The notes beneath the pieces are model-generated. The model saw nothing but the letters and a program-made list of their open reading frames with translations, was not told where the DNA came from and ran no database searches. Of a stretch of 40,008 nt of DNA, positions 25,804-36,616 are shown one piece after another. The first letter of the stretch is position 1. Every line of letters starts with the position of its first letter. Position numbers and translations under genes: made by a program. Source of the stretch: Myxococcales bacterium (lineage in GTDB: Bacteria; Myxococcota_A; UBA9042); assembly GCA_037441385.1 (NCBI GenBank), contig JBBISH010000056.1, forward strand, positions 1 to 40,008. Direction: 5' to 3'.

Positions 25804-27846
25804 ATGAAGAAGCTTTTTGTCTTGGGCCTGGCGGCGCAGCTGCTCGGCGCCTGTGGCTCCACTACCGCCACGCCCAGCACTTCTACCGCCAAAGACGCAG
25901 CTACCGCGGGCGATACCTCTACCGATTCGGGCGGTTTGGGCGATAGCCAAGATGGTGGCGCCGGCGACGTGGGCGGCGACGTGCCCGCCAAACCCGATTG
26001 GCCGCCGGCCGACTGCGACGACTTGATGCCCAGTCACTGCGCGCTGCCGTGGCCCTCCAACCTGTACCTGCAGCCGGACAGCAAGCGCAAGACCGGATTT
26101 GCGCTGCGTTTTGGCGCAAAGACGCTCCCCGTCAACAGCGAGGGCAAGGCGATGGACCCGGCGGGGTACGCCATGCTCGACGGCTACTCGGTGGGCACGC
26201 AACTGCTCATGCACTGGCCGGATCTGGACCCGACCGGTCTGCCGACCGAGGCGAGCATCGACAAGAGTCTGGCGGCCGACGCGGCGGTGGTGCTCCTGCA
26301 GGTCGACGGCAGCGGCGCCGTAGAGAAGATTCCCTATTTCACAGAGGTAGACAGCACCGAGCCCGATCCAGCGCAGCGCATGCTGATTGTGCGGCCAGCG
26401 CAGATTCTCCGCCCCGGTACGCGCTATGTGGTGGCGGTGCGCGGTCTCAAGAACAAGCAAGGTGCGCCGTTGACGCCCTCGCCCACGTTTGCAGCCCTGG
26501 TCAAGGGCAATGCCACTGGCGTGGCGGCCTCGCGGCAGGCGCGCTTCGACGACCTGTTCGGCGTGCTGGCCAAGCAGGGAATCGCCAAGGAATCGCTTTT
26601 GCTGGCATGGGACTTTGTGACCAATAGTGATGAATCGCTGCACGCTCGCGTACTCAGCATTCGGGAACAAGGCTACAAAGCGGTGGGCGACAAGGGTCCG
26701 CAGCTGAAGGTGACCGCGGTCACGCCCACGGACGCCAGCGACCCGGACGTGGCTTTTGTGGTGGACGGAACCTTCAAGGTGCCAAATTTCTTGTACAAAT
26801 ACACTGATCAGTACCAGCGCCTGAAGCTGGGGGCAGATGGACTGCCCGTGCAAGACGGCTGGATCGAACGGCCCTTCCAGGCGCGGATTCCGCGGTCGGC
26901 GGTGGCGGGCAAGCCGGTGGGGCTGTTGCAGTATGGCCATGGCCTGAACGGTTCGTACGACGAGATCGGCGGCGGCTACCTGGGCGTCGAGGCGAACAAA
27001 TACGACGTGGTGGTCTTTGGTTGCCTGATGACGGGGATGTCGCAGTACGACGTGGGCTCGATCCTGTTGATGCTGGCCGACCTTAGCGACTTCGTTACGC
27101 TCGCGGACAAGCTGCAGACCGGCGTGGTCGAGAGCATTTTGCTACAGCGCGCCATGCGCGAGCAGTTCGGCGACCTGCCCGAGATCAAGAAACTGGGCGT
27201 AACGGTGGATAAAAGCCGACTGTTCTACTCGGGCAATTCGCAGGGCGGCATCTTTGGCGGCACCGTGATGGCGCTGTCGGCCGACGTCACGCGCGGTCAC
27301 CTGGGCGTGCCGGGCAACAACTACTCGCTCTTGCTGCAGCGCTCGAGCGATTTCACCGAGTTCTTTGAAATCATCAAGATGCACTACCTCAGTTCGCGCG
27401 ACCGGCTGTTGCTGCTGGGCGCGATTCAGCTGCTGTGGGACCAGACCGACCCGGTGACGTGGTACCGGCACCTGAGCGTGGAGCCGCTGCCTGGCAATGC
27501 GGCCCATCACGTGGTGCTTGTGCCGGCCAAGGGCGACTATCAGGTGGCGGTGGTGGCCAACGAGATCGCCGCGCGCAGTGGCGTTGGCTTCAAGATCATG
27601 AAGAATTACGGCAAGCCGGTGTTTGGCGTGACCGAGCAGGACTACCCCTACAGCGGCAGCGGCATTGTACTGGTCGACGCGGGCAACCCCTGGCCGGGCC
27701 TGGGCAATCTACCGCCCAAGGACGACAAGGGCGACCCGCACGGCAAGCCGCGCAAGATGGCCTGGATCCAGGAGCAAATGTTCCACTTCTTCAAGACGGG
27801 CGAGATCATCGACGTCTGCGGCGGCGACGGCTGCACACCGGATTAG
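25804..27846 (+). CDS. Lipoprotein with an Ig-like region and an alpha/beta-hydrolase (lipase-like) domain
   Basis: Lipobox LGAC, PWPSN, YGHGL and GNSQGG nucleophile elbow. Confidence 0.8.
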   Translation: MKKLFVLGLAAQLLGACGSTTATPSTSTAKDAATAGDTSTDSGGLGDSQDGGAGDVGGDVPAKPDWPPADCDDLMPSHCALPWPSNLYLQPDSKRKTGFALRFGAKTLPVNSEGKAMDPAGYAMLDGYSVGTQLLMHWPDLDPTGLPTEASIDKSLAADAAVVLLQVDGSGAVEKIPYFTEVDSTEPDPAQRMLIVRPAQILRPGTRYVVAVRGLKNKQGAPLTPSPTFAALVKGNATGVAASRQARFDDLFGVLAKQGIAKESLLLAWDFVTNSDESLHARVLSIREQGYKAVGDKGPQLKVTAVTPTDASDPDVAFVVDGTFKVPNFLYKYTDQYQRLKLGADGLPVQDGWIERPFQARIPRSAVAGKPVGLLQYGHGLNGSYDEIGGGYLGVEANKYDVVVFGCLMTGMSQYDVGSILLMLADLSDFVTLADKLQTGVVESILLQRAMREQFGDLPEIKKLGVTVDKSRLFYSGNSQGGIFGGTVMALSADVTRGHLGVPGNNYSLLLQRSSDFTEFFEIIKMHYLSSRDRLLLLGAIQLLWDQTDPVTWYRHLSVEPLPGNAAHHVVLVPAKGDYQVAVVANEIAARSGVGFKIMKNYGKPVFGVTEQDYPYSGSGIVLVDAGNPWPGLGNLPPKDDKGDPHGKPRKMAWIQEQMFHFFKTGEIIDVCGGDGCTPD

Positions 27847-27857
27847 CCGGATCTTCG

Positions 27858-29453
27858 CTACTTGCACTCCGTCTCGCCAGCGGGCCCGTAGCGCTCCAAC
27901 CAGGCTCGGTCGCCGTGCGAACCGCCAATGAATACGGCGCCATTCCCGCGAACCGCCGTGGATAGGGCATTGGCAGACGAGCCGAAGCTTTGGCCGTACA
28001 ACTTGGCACCGCTGGTACGCATGGCCCACGGGGCGGTGGTCGAGCCGCTGCGGCCGCCCACCAACAGCCAGGTGTTGTCGTACCAGGCCGCGCCCCCGGT
28101 GAACCACCCCAGGTCGCCGCTCTTGGCGTCGCCCGGATTGATCGGCGCAGACCACAGTACTTTGCCCGCGGCATCCAAGCCCAAGGCCAGGGCGATCTGT
28201 GTGCTGGTGGCCGTCTTGGCCGAGCCCCAGGCCATCAGCTCGCCACTCGCGTTGGCGGTGACGCCCGTCAAGTGGACGGAACTGACGTCGGGCACCGTCA
28301 ACAGGTTCGAGGCGACGGCGACGGGCATCCCGGTGTCGTCGTTGACGCGGATGTACCACGGCGCGCCGTTGCCGGCGACGACGCAGCTGCCGACCGCGAT
28401 GAAGCCGGCGCTGCTGGCAGCGATGCCATTCAGCTCGCAGGGTCCGGGCTGCGGGTGTAGGACAGTGGGGTTGACCTGCGGGGTGGTGGCCAGGCCGCCG
28501 CCGCTGCGGGTCAGTCGCACCAGCAGGGGCTCGCTCGCGCCGGTTTGGCCTACCGCCAGCACCGACTGCGTCGAAGCGGCTACGGCGCGCAAGATCGAAT
28601 CGCCGGCCACGGGTTGCATGGGTTGCTGGCCCGCCAGGCTGCCTTTGGCCAGGGTGTCGGCCAGGGGCAGCAGGGCGGCTTTGCCGGCCACCTGACCTAC
28701 GGCGACCAAGGCCTCGGCGTCCACGCCGTTCCACTGCGAGTTGCCCGTCGAGAGCACGCTGGTCGCCAGGTTCTGAGCGGCGCTGTTGACGACCGCGAGC
28801 CAAGCCGTCCACTGGGGATCGGTCGCGCTGGCCTTGGCCACACCCACCAACACGGCCTTGCCCGCAAGCGGTGCAATTCCGCGGATTTGGGTCAGTCCCT
28901 TGGGCACCGCGGTGGTGGTGCCGCCGCCGATGGCGACCTCGTCGTAGGGGCCAATGGGATTGCCTTGCCAGGCTGCGCACTTGCAGCCGCCGCTGAGCAG
29001 CGACCCGTCGGCACAGACCTTGACGCTGCTCCCGCCGCAGGTCTGGCCCACGTTCTTGGCTTTGGCGTCGCAGCCCTGGGTCGGTTGGCAGTAGAACTCT
29101 TGGCATTCGGTGGCGGCGCCACAGTTCTTCTTGTCGGGGCCGGCCTTGCAGATGTTCATGCCGACCACGTCGCCCAGGGTGCACGGGTCGCCGTCGTCGC
29201 ACGGGGCGCCGGTGGGCAGGCAGTGGCTCTCGACGCAGATGCCGGTGCCGCAGCCGGCATTGCTGGTGCACGAAGCGGTGCAGTGGCCGTTGTAGCAGAC
29301 ACTGGACTCACAATCATCGTCTTCGCTGCACGTGTCGAAGTAGCGGCGTTTGGTTTCGTCGCACGCAGTCAAAGCCGAGCAGGCCGCGCCCAAGGGCACC
29401 GCGAGTGCAAGTACCTGAATCCACTTGCGGGATGTGCTGCGATGCTGCGCCAT
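27858..29453 (-). CDS. Secreted/lipoprotein with N-terminal Cys-rich repeats and a beta-rich C-terminus
   Basis: GGAGG RBS, signal peptide ending LTAC, and a CDDGDPCT repeat. Confidence 0.75.
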   Translation of the reverse strand: MAQHRSTSRKWIQVLALAVPLGAACSALTACDETKRRYFDTCSEDDDCESSVCYNGHCTASCTSNAGCGTGICVESHCLPTGAPCDDGDPCTLGDVVGMNICKAGPDKKNCGAATECQEFYCQPTQGCDAKAKNVGQTCGGSSVKVCADGSLLSGGCKCAAWQGNPIGPYDEVAIGGGTTTAVPKGLTQIRGIAPLAGKAVLVGVAKASATDPQWTAWLAVVNSAAQNLATSVLSTGNSQWNGVDAEALVAVGQVAGKAALLPLADTLAKGSLAGQQPMQPVAGDSILRAVAASTQSVLAVGQTGASEPLLVRLTRSGGGLATTPQVNPTVLHPQPGPCELNGIAASSAGFIAVGSCVVAGNGAPWYIRVNDDTGMPVAVASNLLTVPDVSSVHLTGVTANASGELMAWGSAKTATSTQIALALGLDAAGKVLWSAPINPGDAKSGDLGWFTGGAAWYDNTWLLVGGRSGSTTAPWAMRTSGAKLYGQSFGSSANALSTAVRGNGAVFIGGSHGDRAWLERYGPAGETECK

Positions 29454-29486
29454 GTTCGCCTCCAAGGGCAGCATAGCGCAGCTTGG

Positions 29487-32354
<2,868 letters not shown>

Positions 32355-32431
32355 GGGGCCTCTAAGTGGCAGCGGCGCTGTGCAGTGCCCGCGACAAGGC
32401 CAAGGCAGCTTGAGCGCACAAGAAACAAGGA

Positions 32432-32559
32432 ATACCGGTTCCGTTCGAAGCGGATCGAAAACTCGGGCAATTCTTCGGGCCCGAACCGGGGTCCCCGCCT
32501 GATTCTCGCCAGTTGCTGATCGGGTCCGAAAGGCCGTACCGGTGCGAATCAGGTGGGGT
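32432..32559. repeat. 128-bp structured dispersed repeat or candidate ncRNA, copy 1
   Basis: Ungapped match to 39876-40003 with 15 mismatches by manual count; long stems. Confidence 0.85.
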
Positions 32560-32674
32560 GGGTGTGACGGGCGAGCCCGCTCGCGGGCGAGTATAGGTCA
32601 GCCGCAGTCCGTGGCCAGCGCGTCTGGCGACCCTACGACACGGCTGTGACAGCGCGGTGGCGAGGCACCCGGCG

Positions 32675-34555
32675 TCAGGCGGCGTTGGCCGGTTTCTGCG
32701 CCGAGTGGCGACCGGTGGTGCCGCGGATGGCGGCCTGCTGGGCCAAGAGTTCGCTGGCCTTGACCAGGGCTTGCTCCAGGTCGGGCGCGATGTGCACGTT
32801 CTTGATGCGCTCGTCGATCCTGGCTTTTTCCCAAATCTTGTAGGGTTGTGGCAGGGGGCCGACCAGCACGACGCCGCGGTTGGCGTTCGAGATGCCGCTG
32901 ACGGCCGTCTCTAGCGCTGCATAGCCGGTGGCGTCGATGACGGGCACATGGCCCATGTCCAGTACCAGGACGCGGAACGAGTCGTTGCTGCTGGCGTGGA
33001 GCGCGGCCATGGCGTTGTGGACGGCGCCAAAGAACAGGGGGCCGTTGATCTGGTACAGCACCACGCCCTTGGGCATGGGGCTGCGCACGCGGGTGGCCAT
33101 GTCGCGGGTCAGCCACTTGGCGTCGGTCAACACGGCCATGCGCCGCATGAAGAGCACCGCGGCCAGGGTAAAGCCGACCGAGATGGCGATGACCATGTCG
33201 AAGATGACGGTGAGCGAGAAGCAGATGAGCAGCACCGACACGTCGCTTTTGGGCGCGATTTTGATGGTTTTGACGAAGTGCTTCAGCTCGGACATGTTCC
33301 AGGCCACCAGGAGCAGCAGCGCCGCCAGTGAGGCCATGGGCACGTAGGCGACGGCCGGGGCCAGGGCCAAGATGGCCAGGAGCACGACTACGGAGTGGGT
33401 GGCGCTGGCGATGGGCGACTTGGCGCCGGCGCGGATGTTGGTGGCGGTGCGGGCCAGGGCGCCCGTGGCGGCGATACCGCCAAACAAGGGCGCGATGATG
33501 TTGGCAAAACCCTGGCCGACTAGCTCGGAGTCGGGATCGTGGCGGTCGCCGGTCATGCCGTCGGCGATGACGGCCGAGAGCAGCGACTCGATGGCGCCCA
33601 GCACGGCGATCGCCAGGGCCGGCATGAGCAGGTCGCGGAACTGGCTGAAACTGGGCAGGCTGGGCCCCCACGGCATGGCCGGCGCGGGCAGGATGGGCGG
33701 AATCCCGGCGTAGTCCACGCCGCCCACGGTGGTGTGGAAGCGCGAACCGATGGTGGCGACCTGGAAGGTGGCGTCGAACTGCTGCACCAGCAGCACGAGC
33801 AGCGACACCGAGCCGATGGCGAGCAGCGGCGCCGGAATCTTACGAATCACCTTGGGAATCGTCAGTAGCAGCGTCAGCGTGAGCGCCGCCACGACCAGTT
33901 CTTGCCACTGGAACGTGTCCATGGCGTTCCACAGTGTCGCCAGTTTCTCGTGGTAGTGCTCGGGCATGGGCCCCGTTTTCAGGCCCAGTACGTCCTTGAT
34001 TTGTAACGTGGCAATCACCGTGGCGATGCCCGTGGTGAAACCGGTGGTGACCGGGGCCGGGATGTAGCGCATCAGCCCGCCCAGGCGCAGCCAGCCCAGG
34101 GCGACCAGGAGCAGACCGGCCATGAACCCGGCGGTCAGCAGGCCGGACAGCCCGTATTTACTTACGATCGGCGCAAGAATGACGACGAACGCCGCGGTGG
34201 GGCCGGTGACCTGGAACGCCGAGCCGCCGGTGAGCGCCGCCACCAGACCCGCGACAATCGCGGTGTACAGGCCGTGTTGCGGGGGCGCGCCCACGGCAAT
34301 CGCCAGCGCCATCGACAAGGGGAGGGCGACGATGCCGACGACTGCGCCGGCCATCAGATCGGCCCGCAACAACTTGGAATCGTAACCGTTGTTGAATGCC
34401 GTCCGCAGGGCGAAGCCCACTGGCAGGCCGCGTTTCAGTACGGCGATGGCCGACTCCGAGACGCTGCTGCTCGGAGCCGCCACGGGGGTCGGCTTGGGGG
34501 CGGCCGGCGAAACAGGTTCCGGGGCCGATGGTTCTGGATTAGCTTGAGAGCTCAT
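32675..34555 (-). CDS. SulP/SLC26 anion transporter with STAS domain (DauA/YchM-like)
   Basis: DLMAGAVVGIVALPLSMALAIA, TGPTAAF, ATGALARTATN, GPLFFG and VPVIDATG. Confidence 0.92.
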   Translation of the reverse strand: MSSQANPEPSAPEPVSPAAPKPTPVAAPSSSVSESAIAVLKRGLPVGFALRTAFNNGYDSKLLRADLMAGAVVGIVALPLSMALAIAVGAPPQHGLYTAIVAGLVAALTGGSAFQVTGPTAAFVVILAPIVSKYGLSGLLTAGFMAGLLLVALGWLRLGGLMRYIPAPVTTGFTTGIATVIATLQIKDVLGLKTGPMPEHYHEKLATLWNAMDTFQWQELVVAALTLTLLLTIPKVIRKIPAPLLAIGSVSLLVLLVQQFDATFQVATIGSRFHTTVGGVDYAGIPPILPAPAMPWGPSLPSFSQFRDLLMPALAIAVLGAIESLLSAVIADGMTGDRHDPDSELVGQGFANIIAPLFGGIAATGALARTATNIRAGAKSPIASATHSVVVLLAILALAPAVAYVPMASLAALLLLVAWNMSELKHFVKTIKIAPKSDVSVLLICFSLTVIFDMVIAISVGFTLAAVLFMRRMAVLTDAKWLTRDMATRVRSPMPKGVVLYQINGPLFFGAVHNAMAALHASSNDSFRVLVLDMGHVPVIDATGYAALETAVSGISNANRGVVLVGPLPQPYKIWEKARIDERIKNVHIAPDLEQALVKASELLAQQAAIRGTTGRHSAQKPANAA

Positions 34556-34657
34556 GGCGTTGTAGACGCGACCGCGCAGGCCGCCGCCCCCAAAATACGC
34601 CGGGGGCGCAGGCGCATGGTGCGCTTCCCTGGGGCGGTTGGCAAAATCTGCGGCCGT

Positions 34658-35326
34658 TTATTTTGCGGCTACGGCGCCGACCAGACCGGCCGGCAGCTCC
34701 AAAGTGTGGATGCGGCAAATGGATTCTGTGGCCAGGGTCGCCGTGGTGGGCTGGCGTGGGTCGTCCAGGCACACCTGGCTCAGCTGGTCCAGCCCGCGGC
34801 CCCAGGCCTTCAGGGCGGCCTCTTTTGCGGTCCACATGCGATAAAACATCTCATGTTGCCCTGGATTGGACGCTTGATTCCAAAGTGTCACCTCGCGTTC
34901 TTGCAGACAATACCCTGCTAGTTCGGTCAATTGGCCTCGTGGACGGGCCACTTCAAGGTCCACTCCAAGGCCCATCGGCGGCCCCAGCGCCAGCAACGCC
35001 CAGTCGCCGCTGTGCGAGGTGTTGAAGGCCAGCCCCGCCAGCTCTGGCTTGCCCTTGGCGGTCGGCCTGGGGGCGATTTGTTGGGGCAGCAGGCCCAGTT
35101 GCTCGGCCAGCAGGTGGTGCATGAGCGCTCGGGTCTGCAGGCGGCGCAGGTGCGCGATCGGGCGGAGCGGTTCGGGCCGCGGGGCCGGATCGGGCGGCAG
35201 CAGGGCGCGGCATTGCTCCAGGTCCCAGGGCAGGGCCGCAAGGTCACAAAGATACACAGAAATGCCGGCCGGCAGGTCGCGATTGCGTGCCTGAACGGGC
35301 TGGAGGTGGGCGGCGGGCAGGCGCAT
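34658..35326 (-). CDS. 4'-phosphopantetheinyl transferase (Sfp type)
   Basis: GKP, FNTSHSG, GVDLE and WTAKEAALKAWGRG. Confidence 0.9.
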   Translation of the reverse strand: MRLPAAHLQPVQARNRDLPAGISVYLCDLAALPWDLEQCRALLPPDPAPRPEPLRPIAHLRRLQTRALMHHLLAEQLGLLPQQIAPRPTAKGKPELAGLAFNTSHSGDWALLALGPPMGLGVDLEVARPRGQLTELAGYCLQEREVTLWNQASNPGQHEMFYRMWTAKEAALKAWGRGLDQLSQVCLDDPRQPTTATLATESICRIHTLELPAGLVGAVAAK

Positions 35327-35429
35327 GGCTGGGACTGTGCGCGGATTGCGCCGAGCGTGCAAGCCTGCCTTACCGGATGGCTACTAGTGCCGTAAGTGCA
35401 GTGGAAACCTGTGCGATCCTTCGCACTTG

Positions 35430-35614
35430 GCCATCACCCCGCCGCCGTCGGCGTCTGCCCCGCTCTCCCGGCGCCGCTGGCGTCACTCGCTCGCTTCGCT
35501 CACCGCGGAGACCCCTCCTTTCCCAACGCTTTGGGCGAGGGGCAATGCAATTTCCCGTTACCACTCGCCCACTTCAGTGGGAGAGGGGTCGGCCGCAGGC
35601 CGGGGGTGAGGGCT
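35430..35614. repeat. Composite REP-like (BIME-like) repeat
   Basis: Contains segments matching 1-31 (inverted), 58-86 (direct) and 2665-2710. Confidence 0.7.
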
Positions 35615-35685
35615 TTCGGCGCTGCGTCACAAGGGAGTGTCAGGTATTGACACGTGACACCTTTTTGCCGGAGCCTGGGTTGGTC

Positions 35686-35721
35686 CCTGAACCTGAACCT
35701 GAACCTGAACCTGAACCTGAT
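35686..35721. repeat. Hexamer tandem repeat (CCTGAA)x5 plus one degenerate unit
   Basis: Directly visible in the sequence. Confidence 0.95.
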
Positions 35722-35735
35722 CCCGATTCCGTCTC

Positions 35736-35764
35736 TTGACTACTGAACGCATGTTCAGTACTGT
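35736..35764 (+). promoter_or_regulatory. imuA promoter with an overlapping LexA (SOS) box
   Basis: TTGACT-17 bp-TACTGT. The palindrome TACTGAAC-GCAT-GTTCAGTA (35741-35760) resembles the Myxococcus-type CTGAAC-N4-GTTCAG LexA box. Confidence 0.8.
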
Positions 35765-35770
35765 ACGGGT

Positions 35771-36616
35771 ATGAGCGCGCTCCCCACCCGCAATCTTGCT
35801 CCGCTTTTGCAGCCGGCTGCGGATCCCGCCGACCGTTCGCCACCGCTGACCCGGCTCGAGCAGTTGCGCCTGCAGTTGGCGGCCTCGCCCCACGCGCAAG
35901 TGCTCAAGAACGGTGCGCTGTTGCAGCGCTCGACCCCCGAGCAGGGCGACGCGCCGTTTGCTTTCGAGCGTCTGGCGGGCCGGCTGGTCGAGTTGCTGGA
36001 CGCACAGCCGGCGGCGCGGGCCAAGCCGCATTTTGCCGACGATGTGCACGCGCGGGCCAGTACGTCGGCGCGCGATGCCCGGACCTCGTGGGTGGCGGCG
36101 CGGCTGGCCGAGGCTCAGGCCCTGGGCGAGACGGTGGCCTGGATCATCTGGGAGCCGCGCGGTATCCCCTATCCCCCTGACTTGGCTGGGGTTGGCCTGG
36201 ATCTCCGGGCACTGCCGCTGGTGGTGGTGCAGAGCGGCGCCCAGGTGCTGCGTGCGGCTGATTTGCTTTTGCGGTCCGGGGCATTTGGCCTGGTCGCCGC
36301 CGATTGGCCAACTGGGGAGCCGCCGCCGGGCGACGGCGCGCTGGGGCGCCTGCTGGGGCTGTGCCAGAAGCACGACGCAGCACTGCTGTTTCTCAGTCAA
36401 CCGATGGATATCCAAGACGAGTCTATGGGCAGCGACGGTTCGGTGCTGCGGGCGCTGGCCTCGCTGCGGCTGCGGGTGGCGCGGGTCGACTTGCCGGGCG
36501 GCTCTTTCGAGCTGACCACCACTGTGCTCAAGGACAAGCGCCGCGGGGTTGCGCCGCCGGTTCGCGAGCCGCGGCAAGCGCCCGAAGGGTTGGGCGCTGG
36601 GGCCAAAAGGCTTTGA
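35771..36616 (+). CDS. imuA: ImuA/RecA-like SOS mutagenesis protein
   Basis: [29 protein letters not shown] and VLKDKR motifs; degenerate P-loop; directly upstream of dnaE2. Confidence 0.8.
   Translation: MSALPTRNLAPLLQPAADPADRSPPLTRLEQLRLQLAASPHAQVLKNGALLQRSTPEQGDAPFAFERLAGRLVELLDAQPAARAKPHFADDVHARASTSARDARTSWVAARLAEAQALGETVAWIIWEPRGIPYPPDLAGVGLDLRALPLVVVQSGAQVLRAADLLLRSGAFGLVAADWPTGEPPPGDGALGRLLGLCQKHDAALLFLSQPMDIQDESMGSDGSVLRALASLRLRVARVDLPGGSFELTTTVLKDKRRGVAPPVREPRQAPEGLGAGAKRL

Noticed and set aside
32432..32559. SRP RNA or hammerhead ribozyme
   Set aside because: It lacks the SRP CAGG...AGCAG loop and a correctly placed CUGANGA/GAAA core, and the GAAA loop is not kept in copy 2.
32355..32674. 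Glycine riboswitch upstream of gcvP
   Set aside because: No tandem GGAGA...CCGAAG...CTCAGG aptamers on the minus strand, and the structured element recurs at an unrelated locus.
35287..35739. ORF ending in a PEPEPEPEP repeat
   Set aside because: It runs through REP-like repeats and the hexamer microsatellite; no RBS or protein-like content.
36304..36612. N-terminal extension of DnaE2 given in the ORF track
   Set aside because: It overlaps imuA; homology starts at the TTG at 36613.
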